Below, piece after piece: positions 18,300 to 26,881 of a stretch of DNA of 64,000 nt. Every line of letters starts with the position of its first letter. Position 1 is the stretch's first letter. Where the stretch lies: positions 42,921 to 106,920 of the forward strand of contig CAYGFH010000004.1 in assembly GCA_964349125.1 (NCBI GenBank), written 5' to 3'. Below the pieces are notes generated by a model. It did not search any database. It was not told where the DNA came from and worked only from the letters and a program-made list of their open reading frames with translations. The position numbers and the translations under genes are program-made. The stretch is from an uncultured Gammaproteobacteria bacterium (GTDB lineage Bacteria > Patescibacteriota > Microgenomatia > UBA10105 > UBA927).

Positions 18300-18678
18300 T
18301 GTCACGAAAGTGGGAAAAGTAACAGAAAGTGCATCTGTACCTGTGGAGTTCAGATTCCCTTCCTCTTGAATGTATAGCCGATTTGCGCTATACTATACTC
18401 ACCCTAAAGATAGTAGGTTTCGCCTGTAAGGCGAATGAATTCGAAAGAGCCTACCGAAGGAACATAAGTAGTTAACGGTTTTTGTTTATAGTTCATAGTG
18501 ATACTATGACCAATGAACAAATAACCCTGAACGAATGTTTCCCGCTTTAGGCGGGATTTTTTGTGAATACTTAGCGAGTTTATTCCTATAAACGAGCTTA
18601 GTATGAACAATCCAGCGTAAGCTGGATACAGCTTGAAATATATCTAGCGAAGCTAGAAACATTATGTAAAGGAGATAT
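18300..18678 (+). promoter_or_regulatory. Structured rplJ 5' leader (L10-leader-like) with internal attenuator hairpin
   Basis: Conserved position upstream of rplJ; hairpins tcgcct-gtaa-ggcga, cccgc-tttag-gcggg plus T-run, and ccagc-gtaa-gctgg. Confidence 0.35.
18538..18563 (+). terminator. Attenuator/terminator hairpin in the rplJ leader
   Basis: cccgc tttag gcggg followed by attttttg, about 115 nt before the rplJ ATG. Confidence 0.45.
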
Positions 18679-19215
18679 ATGGACAAAAAACATGTAACAA
18701 AAGGAACACCGAAGAAAGTGGAAACAGTAGCTGCTCTTACCGATAAAATCGGCAAAACAAAATCAATCGTTATTGCGCAGTACCAGGGTATAAAACATAA
18801 ACAGCTTGAAGAGCTCCGACGTGCGCTTCGAAAAGTGGATGGCGAATTTGTAGTAGCGAAAAACCGCCTGTTCAAAAAGGCGCTTGGAGATCAGGCAGCC
18901 TCTCTGGAAGCACAGCTCGAACAACCAAATGCATTTTTATTTGCATACAAAGATGAAGTATCCCCTCTCAAGGAAATGCTTAAGATGTTCAAAACTCTGG
19001 GCATCGGTAAAGTAAAAGGCGGACTGCTTGGAACCAAAGTGCTCACAGATACTGAAGTAATGACCCTATCAACAGTGGAAAGCAAAGAAGTATTGCTTGG
19101 CAAGCTGGTAAGACAGCTGAATGCGCCTGTACAGGGCCTCCACAGAGCACTTCAATGGAATTTGAATACACTTGTGTGGGTACTTGATGCAGTAAGAAAG
19201 ACAAAGGCAAACTAA
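18679..19215 (+). CDS. rplJ: 50S ribosomal protein L10
   Basis: KSIVIAQYQGIKHKQLEELRRALRKVDGEFVVAKNRLFKKAL is canonical L10. Confidence 0.9.
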   Translation: MDKKHVTKGTPKKVETVAALTDKIGKTKSIVIAQYQGIKHKQLEELRRALRKVDGEFVVAKNRLFKKALGDQAASLEAQLEQPNAFLFAYKDEVSPLKEMLKMFKTLGIGKVKGGLLGTKVLTDTEVMTLSTVESKEVLLGKLVRQLNAPVQGLHRALQWNLNTLVWVLDAVRKTKAN

Positions 19216-19276
19216 TTTTTATTTTACAATTTTCAATTTTTATTGACTATTGTTTTAAGGGAGGTGACAACAAATT

Positions 19277-19663
19277 ATGGCAAAATTAACTAAAGATGAA
19301 ATCATGGCGGCAGTGGAAGAAATGTCCGTATTGGAACTTTCTGAACTCGTCAAAGCTCTTGAAGAAAAATTTGGTGTCTCAGCAGCTCCGGTAGCAGTTG
19401 CAGGTGCCGCACCAGCAGCAGCAGGAAGTGCAGAACCAAAGGAAGAGCAAACCGTGTTTAACGTGGTAATAACAGCAGCCGGTGCAAACAAGATCGGTGC
19501 TATTAAAGCTGTTCGTGAACTCGTTCCAACTCTTGGCTTGCAAGAAGCAAAAGCACTTGTAGAAGCAGCTCCAAAAGAAGTCTTAACAGCTGTAAATAAA
19601 TCAGCAGCAGAAGAGGCAAAGAAAAAACTGGAAGCAGCAGGTGCATCAGTCGAACTCAAGTAA
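19277..19663 (+). CDS. rplL: 50S ribosomal protein L7/L12
   Basis: [34 protein letters not shown], Ala-rich hinge, C-terminal domain ending VELK. Confidence 0.95.
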   Translation: MAKLTKDEIMAAVEEMSVLELSELVKALEEKFGVSAAPVAVAGAAPAAAGSAEPKEEQTVFNVVITAAGANKIGAIKAVRELVPTLGLQEAKALVEAAPKEVLTAVNKSAAEEAKKKLEAAGASVELK

Positions 19664-19708
19664 CATTGAATTCGAGTATAGATAACTGAGGTTATGTATT
19701 CACTATTA

Positions 19709-19732
19709 ATCCCCCGCAAGGGGGATTTTTAG
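19709..19732 (+). terminator. Rho-independent terminator after rplL
   Basis: ccccc-gcaa-ggggg hairpin followed by atttttag. Confidence 0.7.
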
Positions 19733-19771
19733 TGGCTGTTGTGTTGTTTGTACGCTATAATACCTCCCACA

Positions 19772-20596
19772 ATGGCAATTGAGAGGGATAGCGGACTACT
19801 TACAGCACCATCGTCAGCGGGGGAAATACATCGAGGCTACATGCTCCCCGGTGAGACAGTGGTAATTGTCGGGCAAGGTCACACTTGTCTGAATGATCAA
19901 ACAGCATTACTGTATTGCTCAATGGCCTATGAAACCCAAGGAGCTGTACTTTTGGTTGATCCGCAGGGACGTAACTTTTCCGATGACCGTACAGTGTTGA
20001 AACGGCGAAATAGCGGGATCATATACGGTGAAGGCGGCGCGCTTGACTATCGTGATGAAATAATTGCGCTCGCACAATTGGGAATGCCACTGATAATACC
20101 CGAGTGGCTTGGGCGCGATAGCACCACTTTTCATATACCCATCGCTAAGTCATCTGTACACAAAATTGTGGACCACAATACCACGGGATTTCTGGCAATA
20201 TGCACGAATGCTGACAGATCTATGCCGGAACCCCATCACAAAAAGGCAGCCGATGTCATTCGCACAGCGCTCAGGGAATATCACCGTGTGCTCATGATAG
20301 GTGGCACCATTATGTACCAGGCAAATATGGAAGTACTCTCCGAAGCGGGAATACTGTCTCCAGAAGGATTTATAGACATAGCAGATACAATGGGGTTTAC
20401 CACATCACAGTACCGTACTGTTGATCGTGTGCAAATCCCAGTCCCTCCGCAACTATCGGCCCGGTTCTCAGAATCGCGGACACGCGGAATCGGGCAGATG
20501 TATTACCATATACAGGATTCATCAAGTGGTAGTTACTTTATAAAAGATGCGATATATACCAGTCCGGATTTTTTTGTCTGTACCAAATCTAGGTAA
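19772..20596 (+). CDS. Hypothetical protein occupying the position where rpoB normally follows rplL
   Basis: ATG 19772 is preceded by tataat at 19756-19761; the ORF-track TTG start at 19739 overlaps the -10. No recognisable motifs. Confidence 0.45.
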   Translation: MAIERDSGLLTAPSSAGEIHRGYMLPGETVVIVGQGHTCLNDQTALLYCSMAYETQGAVLLVDPQGRNFSDDRTVLKRRNSGIIYGEGGALDYRDEIIALAQLGMPLIIPEWLGRDSTTFHIPIAKSSVHKIVDHNTTGFLAICTNADRSMPEPHHKKAADVIRTALREYHRVLMIGGTIMYQANMEVLSEAGILSPEGFIDIADTMGFTTSQYRTVDRVQIPVPPQLSARFSESRTRGIGQMYYHIQDSSSGSYFIKDAIYTSPDFFVCTKSR

Positions 20597-20733
20597 TATC
20601 CCCATTTCTCCCATTTGTTAGCAGCAAACTAGTTGTCCTGCTAACAAAGCATTGTCTTTATTTCCCGCATCACTAACGCTGTTTTAGGCTGTCAAAACGC
20701 GCTCTCTCACGATGACCGCTAATGGCATATATT

Positions 20734-20810
20734 ATCCTGAGAACTATAAGCTGATATCAATTGATATACTCATTTTCCCTTCACCGCATACGCGGTAATA
20801 TTCTCAGGAT
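20734..20810. repeat. 77-bp element with 10-bp terminal inverted repeats (atcctgagaa / ttctcaggat) enclosing a 14-bp perfect palindrome atatcaattgatat
   Basis: Read directly from the sequence in the AT-rich non-coding region 20597-21237. Confidence 0.5.
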
Positions 20811-21237
20811 GGGTGCAATGTCTAAAATCTCTCAATGAATTTGAACAATTGGTACTGAAGACATTCTGTATACACTTCCCCACCATCCTGATAATTTTTT
20901 GCAACAATGACGAATATTTATTACTCTATATGACAATGATTTTATATCTAATTGAATACTTTTATTTTGTTACATGTCTTTATAGAGGATACGCCTCTCT
21001 GTATTGTCGTTTTACTGATGTCGTCGCCGTCATGATCAGCACTCATCAGTGCACTCAAAAATATTTTATAAAATCATTTCTATAAACCATGATTGCGTTT
21101 GATCCCTCTTGACAAGGTTTGATCATGGTTGTATTGTTGTGATTGCTATTGATTACTTTAAATTTTTCTTATAAATTTTAAAGTATGAACTGCCCTACAG
21201 CTTACATACAAAACATTTTGCCCCGGAGGAACTATCT

Positions 21238-21438
21238 ATGTCACTAGGTGATGAATGGCCAGACTTATTAACCGTACGAGAAGTTGCAAAAATACTACGA
21301 GTATCACCTCTTACGATAAAACGATGGGGCAAACGGGGAAAGCTTCCTGCGATCCGAATCAACTCACGCGGAGACCGCAGATATAAGAAAGAAGCTGTGA
21401 TGTGGCTTCTGGGATTACAACAAAAAGGGCAAGTTTAA
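21238..21438 (+). CDS. Excisionase/AlpA-like helix-turn-helix DNA-binding protein
   Basis: LLTVREVAKILRVSPLTIKRWGKRGKLPAIRI matches the phage excisionase-family HTH_17 pattern. Confidence 0.6.
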   Translation: MSLGDEWPDLLTVREVAKILRVSPLTIKRWGKRGKLPAIRINSRGDRRYKKEAVMWLLGLQQKGQV

Positions 21439-21488
21439 GACAGGTTTTGGTTATTAGTTAGATAGTTACTTGGTTATTGGTTGAATCG

Positions 21489-21848
21489 TTATTTAGCCTT
21501 AGAAATACTATTCTTTAGTGCAGTAATAGTTTTTGCCATACTATATATCCTATCGTATAGCTGTGTGAATTTAACCATGTCAACAACCTGTATATTTCGT
21601 GCGATTGTTAGTATTGCAATACATTCATAGCATGATCCTCGGGATATAGATAAAAAATGCGCGAAATCCTTACTCGTTCTTCCGGAACCTTCGGCAATAT
21701 TGAGTGGAATAGAAAGCGCAGCCCGCTGAATCTGATCAACTAGGCTGAATTTATATATCGTTGGCCATTCTTTAGTCAACGTGTACATCGTCGATACAAA
21801 ATCGATTGAATCCTGATAAATTCTAAGCTCATCAAACTTAAACTTCAT
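21489..21848 (-). CDS. Four-helix-bundle protein (23S rRNA intervening-sequence protein family)
   Basis: LRIYQDSIDF...LSIPLNIAEGSGRTSKDFAHFLSISRGSCYECIAIL signature; flanked by inverted tandem-repeat arrays. Confidence 0.75.
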   Translation of the reverse strand: MKFKFDELRIYQDSIDFVSTMYTLTKEWPTIYKFSLVDQIQRAALSIPLNIAEGSGRTSKDFAHFLSISRGSCYECIAILTIARNIQVVDMVKFTQLYDRIYSMAKTITALKNSISKAK

Positions 21849-21908
21849 CAATAACAGTATCTCACAACATATCTAAGTAACCAAGTAACTAACTATCCAA
21901 GTAACTAA

Positions 21909-22724
21909 TTACTCTATAATCGCTTCACCGTGAACGCCTACTTTTTTCATCGGCTTTGCGGTCTGCCATACGTAATCAAATATTTGCGTCTGCATATGTG
22001 CAAGCTCTTTGTTGTGAATCTCTACACAAAATTCTTCGCCCGTGCCATATTGATACATACAATACACATCATTATAAATAAGCACTTCAAATTTCATTGC
22101 CAATAATTTAGGATCAACGTATCGTACAATCCAATACTTCATGAGCTGAGTGACATCTGTATACGGTGAAATGTGTTTCACACCTGTTAGTTGATGAGTT
22201 ATGATACTCCTTTTGACCAATTCCTCCCGTATCGTCTCACTAAAATCCTGAGGTAAAAATACAGACATACTGTCATATTTTTCATAAATTCGTAAAATCC
22301 CATTGGCATTCAGTGAATTCCATGTCACGTGCTTAAGACCATCTATCCCATGATGATAAAATACTTTTGATCTCTCACTCCCCGACCCTATAATTGCTGA
22401 TAATTGGTTAAATAACGATGGCATAGATGCACGAAGATTGTTCACCTGTTGTTCTTTTTCAGTGAGCAATAATTCCAACTGGGTATATGGGGTTGCCTGA
22501 AATTTAAGTCCGGGATGATCTAATTGCTGCGTCACAAGACCTTTCGTTAATAGTTTGTCCAAAAGTCTGTACACACGCGTTCGAGCCATATGAAGATCAC
22601 GACTGATAGCGAGGGCGGATTGTGAGTGTTTTTGAAGCAAATTGAGGTATATTTTTGCTTCTTCAGCTGTTAAACCAAACGAAACAAGAGTCTTCGAAAG
22701 TATGTCTGTTTGATCGGACATCAT
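21909..22724 (-). CDS. TrmB-family transcriptional regulator
   Basis: N-terminal winged HTH GLTAEEAKIYLNLLQKHSQSALAISRDLHMARTRVYRLLDKLLTKGLV plus TrmB-type C-terminal domain. Confidence 0.65.
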   Translation of the reverse strand: MMSDQTDILSKTLVSFGLTAEEAKIYLNLLQKHSQSALAISRDLHMARTRVYRLLDKLLTKGLVTQQLDHPGLKFQATPYTQLELLLTEKEQQVNNLRASMPSLFNQLSAIIGSGSERSKVFYHHGIDGLKHVTWNSLNANGILRIYEKYDSMSVFLPQDFSETIREELVKRSIITHQLTGVKHISPYTDVTQLMKYWIVRYVDPKLLAMKFEVLIYNDVYCMYQYGTGEEFCVEIHNKELAHMQTQIFDYVWQTAKPMKKVGVHGEAIIE

Positions 22725-22726
22725 GT

Positions 22727-22754
22727 TTGTACTATACGTCTATTACCCTATAAT
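22727..22754 (+). promoter_or_regulatory. Promoter TTGTAC-16-TATAAT for leaderless membrane-protein gene, divergent from the TrmB gene
   Basis: -10 22749-22754, ATG at 22763. Confidence 0.45.
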
Positions 22755-22762
22755 TGTCAAAT

Positions 22763-23323
22763 ATGCACAAAACAGTCTTTTTATTATTAAGCACAATCCT
22801 TCCCCTGTGTTCCCCGTACGTGTACGTAAAATCAATTCTGCGAGGCATATCAAAACCACACAGAACCACCCGATTGGTATACCTGATTATTGGCCTTCTT
22901 ACCACGACATCCCTTCTGGCTTCGGGGAATATGACAGCACTTTATATTTCTGCAGCATCCCTCATTCAGTCGATAATCTTATACGGCTTAAGCTTCCGGT
23001 ATGGCATTGGCGGATGGGAAATGTCCAGCATCGTATGTTTAATTTGTGCGCTTACCGGCATTGCAGTATGGCAAATAACAAATAATCCGCTCATTGGATT
23101 ATATAGTGGAATCCTTGCTGATTTATTTGGATCGATACCAACAATTATTAAAACAATAAATGTACCTCATTCTGAAGAGCCGAAATTTTATGCTTTTGAT
23201 GCTCTTGCAGGTTTGTTTAATATTCTTGCCATTCCATCGTACACGTTTCAATCCGTATCCTATCCACTATATCTAGTATCTATTAATATGACCATTGCAC
23301 TACTGGCAGTTCGAAAAAAATAA
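22763..23323 (+). CDS. Polytopic membrane protein (paralog A)
   Basis: About 6 predicted TM helices; homologous to the next gene. ATG 22763 preferred over TTG 22754. Confidence 0.5.
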   Translation: MHKTVFLLLSTILPLCSPYVYVKSILRGISKPHRTTRLVYLIIGLLTTTSLLASGNMTALYISAASLIQSIILYGLSFRYGIGGWEMSSIVCLICALTGIAVWQITNNPLIGLYSGILADLFGSIPTIIKTINVPHSEEPKFYAFDALAGLFNILAIPSYTFQSVSYPLYLVSINMTIALLAVRKK

Positions 23324-23327
23324 TTCT

Positions 23328-23915
23328 ATGCTACAACTCGTCGGATATATTTCTGCAATATTGAGCATCGCAAGTGTAGCTCCGTATATACGTGACATCA
23401 TATCAAGGAAAACGATACCAGAACGCGCATCCTGGTTTATATGGAGCGTGCTTGGAGCTATTATGTTTTTTTCACAACTTTCAAAAGGAGCTAACGAATC
23501 ATTATGGTTTACTGCAGGCCAAACTATTGCGGTCTGTGCTGTATTTTTTCTTTCATTGCATTTTGGAACCGGCGGTTTTATCAGGAGAGATTACTATTCA
23601 TTAACCATTGCAGGTCTAGGTCTTTATCTTTGGTTTATCACCAGTGATGCGCTCTATGCAATGGTGCTCACGATTTTGGTAGATGCATCAGGAGCAATTC
23701 TTACAATCATTAAATCGTACCAAGAACCGGAAACTGAAACGATCAGTACATGGGTCATTTCCGGAACAAGTGGATTGTTCGGGATGCTTGCAGTGGGAGC
23801 GTGGAATCCGATTCTACTTTACTATCCTCTCTATATCGCATGCGTCAACTTCATCATCGCATCTGCAATACTCATGGGAAAATGGAAAAAAGAAACGTTG
23901 CTACACCAACTGTGA
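23328..23915 (+). CDS. Polytopic membrane protein (paralog B)
   Basis: About 6 predicted TM helices; tandem paralog of the previous gene. ATG 23328 lies 4 nt after the previous stop. Confidence 0.5.
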   Translation: MLQLVGYISAILSIASVAPYIRDIISRKTIPERASWFIWSVLGAIMFFSQLSKGANESLWFTAGQTIAVCAVFFLSLHFGTGGFIRRDYYSLTIAGLGLYLWFITSDALYAMVLTILVDASGAILTIIKSYQEPETETISTWVISGTSGLFGMLAVGAWNPILLYYPLYIACVNFIIASAILMGKWKKETLLHQL

Positions 23916-24224
23916 AGCAAAGCGTAAACCGTTTTTTCCAGCGCGTTTAGTATATTCATCACCGAACATGTTCGAACCATCTGGACAAAAAGTGTAATAT
24001 GGGTGGTAAGATCAACAATTATATGGCGTTGTATTGACGGGGCGATTGTACGCCATATAGATTCAGTTCTTTTAAAGGTAGTTTTGATGTAAATTACATC
24101 ATAGTATAAGATAAATACGAATAGATGCCGCCAAACGCAGAGTTTAATCATGTAGTCTTGATATGTATTTAGTGATATATTGATATTCTCTAGTTCGAGG
24201 GTATATTCGAATAAAGTTAAAACT

Positions 24225-24935
24225 ATGAGTGATCTTGATCCGAGCGTTTTTTCTATCCGGGAAACAGTAGAAAAATTCTTTCCACATAAAGTAAAGTATT
24301 TTTCCGAGCTATCAGATGAAGATATCGGTTTTATTACCAGACCCGGATATATTTCACACGCTATAAACCAGACTCATTTACTCACACATGTAACGCGGGG
24401 CAGAATTCAATCATTCGGAGATTCTCTCACCAAAAAATTTTTGCGAGTACATGTAACTGATCTTAGCGGTGAGACACTATTTATTTCAACAAAGTATCCC
24501 GGAATGAGATCAAATACTCTAAACGCTGGCGTTGTATTAACTGAGGATGCTGTACGGAAATCTTCATTACCTGGTATAAAAACAGACCAATTGTTGGATA
24601 TACTTCATCCCCTTATTGAATATCAAACCAATAACAAAGACATCTATTGGAATACTGAACAATTACCAAATGCGGTTACCTCTGGGATGTTAGGTCGATT
24701 ACGAAAATACGGATTTGAGATATTCCTTGAACAGGCTAAGGACAGCTCTGCAGTGGGAAGACTTTTTGCAACTTCACTTCGATATAGAATTGCACATGAA
24801 GGGCTGGATCCCCAATTAGATTTGCACATCGATCCATATCTTGGAGGGTTACTTTCACAACTTCATAACAATATGATTGTTCCCTTTTATCCGGATTTTC
24901 AGAATGATATACAGTTGATTATACTGAATACATGA
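24225..24935 (+). CDS. Hypothetical protein
   Basis: Long ORF with no recognisable motif; ATG 24225 preferred over TTG 24180. Confidence 0.4.
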   Translation: MSDLDPSVFSIRETVEKFFPHKVKYFSELSDEDIGFITRPGYISHAINQTHLLTHVTRGRIQSFGDSLTKKFLRVHVTDLSGETLFISTKYPGMRSNTLNAGVVLTEDAVRKSSLPGIKTDQLLDILHPLIEYQTNNKDIYWNTEQLPNAVTSGMLGRLRKYGFEIFLEQAKDSSAVGRLFATSLRYRIAHEGLDPQLDLHIDPYLGGLLSQLHNNMIVPFYPDFQNDIQLIILNT

Positions 24936-24946
24936 GGGTACCTGAA

Positions 24947-25822
24947 TCAGGGTATTTCAAGAAGTTCTAATGCTGCTTGTTTCGGAGATATGGTGTTGAC
25001 GCTTAACCCTGTCCCCAGCTCAAACCCCGCCCGATGAATGAACCGCGGAATGACGCGAATAAACCAGTGTTCTCCATGAGACACATAATAATTGTATACG
25101 AACGGATCCCTTTGCTCGGGCGTTTTGTGTTCCTGCCGGATATCATGTATGGTACGAAGCCGCTGTAGAGAACGCTGCAGCGCATCTGCAATATGAGGCA
25201 ACTCAGCATCGGTCACTGCTCCAAAATTTGTACTCTCGGATTCGGGAGCGATCCATATCTCATACGGCCACTGGGAAAAATCCGGACAGTAGCTGATAAA
25301 TCCATCTTTGGACTCAATCATATGTTGCACCGGCTCTCGGGAAAGTGAATCCAGCGTGATTTGTTTTGCTACGACCACAAGCTGACTGTGCGGGTGCTCG
25401 AGACTCGCCCCTGCGGTTTTTCCATTGTTACAGAAAATAATGACGTGCCCATCCCCCGCGTGTGCAACATACCGATCCCGATACGCTGTGACAATCCGAG
25501 TTGCTTGTTCCCGAGGCAGTTGGGAGATTTCATGCGTATGATCTGTGCTATGGATAAATACTTCATGCGTGTCCGTAATCGGAAATTTGTTTGGCACTAC
25601 CCTGACTTGCCATCCAGTTTCCTCTTTACCACCCATCCCGATTCTATACACTTCCGGAGGAGTCATGTGTTCATTTCCCGGACAAAAGGGACATACCTTC
25701 GTCCCGACGGACTTTGGGACTTCGCTGTGAGGCGAATCTTTCGTATCAGTAGGGCGATTTGTACGGGTCTCAGCGATTATCACCCACCGCTGTGTTTTGC
25801 TGTCTGGTATATATGTGGCCAT
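24947..25822 (-). CDS. galT: Galactose-1-phosphate uridylyltransferase-like HIT-family nucleotidyltransferase
   Basis: Zn-binding CPFCPGNEH and catalytic HPHSQ (HxHxQ) motifs. Confidence 0.75.
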   Translation of the reverse strand: MATYIPDSKTQRWVIIAETRTNRPTDTKDSPHSEVPKSVGTKVCPFCPGNEHMTPPEVYRIGMGGKEETGWQVRVVPNKFPITDTHEVFIHSTDHTHEISQLPREQATRIVTAYRDRYVAHAGDGHVIIFCNNGKTAGASLEHPHSQLVVVAKQITLDSLSREPVQHMIESKDGFISYCPDFSQWPYEIWIAPESESTNFGAVTDAELPHIADALQRSLQRLRTIHDIRQEHKTPEQRDPFVYNYYVSHGEHWFIRVIPRFIHRAGFELGTGLSVNTISPKQAALELLEIP

Positions 25823-25864
25823 ACATCCACTATACAATACGGTACAGGCAAACGGTGAGGTGAT

Positions 25865-26854
25865 TTATGAGGTGGCTCGAGTACGGGTGAACTGACTCAT
25901 GAGTTCTTTGACTTTTTGTTTGATTTCACGGGTCACTGTCACTTCCACCAAGCCCTCGGTTCCAGAGATTGGAGGAGATCCATAGTACACGACACTCCCG
26001 ATCGGCGCCGCAGCAATAGCCGGCAATACCAATAGATCCTCCTCCCCTTTTACTATCATCGCAAGCCGCCTCCGTAGCGGTATACCTGACTTCCATACGC
26101 CGATAGCTCGTATGGCATCTCTGGAGATGAATCCCGGCCCACTTGATAGATGCACGATCTGGTATTTTTTGGGAAATTTATATGCTGAGAGCGATTGATA
26201 TGGCTTTCTTTCCACATGCAAATCGACAACGATAAGTGATGGTTGCACGCCACAATACAGTATAGTTTCTGTGGTCACATCCCCTACAGCTATAAGTATG
26301 TCATCACGATGGGAGACAATATGAGCTTTACACTCAGCATTTGCGATGATATGACCCAACGGTTTTTGCAATTCAGGACGCAGACTATCAGGCAACAGCA
26401 ATGCCCCGCGGGTATCTATCTGACGATTCCTGATCCGTGTCGACGAAATAGGTTTCCGGTCCTGGGCTTCTATAATATCGATTTCTACTATTGCCAGCGG
26501 CGGGAGTCCCCGTTCGCTGCGGATGGTATTTATCTCCAGAGCTGTGTTTTTATTTTGAGAAGTTACGGCAATAGCATCAAACCCGTCAGGTAACAGTACG
26601 GGTCCCCATTTGTTGTCCAATGAAACCACGCGCACACGATCGGAGTACCCGTTTTTCCGAAGCCATGCAATGAGTGCCCGATATCTGAGGCTAAATGGTG
26701 ACACTCCCAGATCTTTTTTGAACCTGCGGATATATGCTTCGCTGGTAAGCCCTATGGTCACTGTTGTTGCAGACTGAAATGCGCGTGTTAAAAAATGCGC
26801 ATGGCCACTGTGAAGTGTGTCAAATGTTCCGCCAACGACTATATGAGTGTACAT
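25865..26854 (-). CDS. Nucleotidyltransferase (PPAT/cytidylyltransferase-like GGTFDxxHxGH domain) fused to a C-terminal ~170-aa domain, possibly archaeal-type GTP-dependent dephospho-CoA kinase (DUF359-like)
   Basis: HIVVGGTFDTLHSGHAHFL motif; the C-terminal VGDVTTE segment is consistent with DUF359 but unverified. Confidence 0.45.
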   Translation of the reverse strand: MYTHIVVGGTFDTLHSGHAHFLTRAFQSATTVTIGLTSEAYIRRFKKDLGVSPFSLRYRALIAWLRKNGYSDRVRVVSLDNKWGPVLLPDGFDAIAVTSQNKNTALEINTIRSERGLPPLAIVEIDIIEAQDRKPISSTRIRNRQIDTRGALLLPDSLRPELQKPLGHIIANAECKAHIVSHRDDILIAVGDVTTETILYCGVQPSLIVVDLHVERKPYQSLSAYKFPKKYQIVHLSSGPGFISRDAIRAIGVWKSGIPLRRRLAMIVKGEEDLLVLPAIAAAPIGSVVYYGSPPISGTEGLVEVTVTREIKQKVKELMSQFTRTRATS

Positions 26855-26881
26855 GTGCGTAATTATATACAGAGTCTTCTT

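Noticed and set aside
20813-21085. 90-aa ORF in the AT-rich gap
   Set aside because: Low-complexity Leu/Ile/Tyr/Phe-rich translation typical of chance ORFs in AT-rich DNA; no start context.
23831-24151. 106-aa minus-strand ORF
   Set aside because: It overlaps the end of the membrane-protein paralog and non-coding DNA, with no motif; likely spurious.
19739-24935. rpoB/rpoC expected downstream of rplL
   Set aside because: None of the ORFs in the downstream 5 kb has RNA-polymerase motifs; the genes must lie elsewhere.
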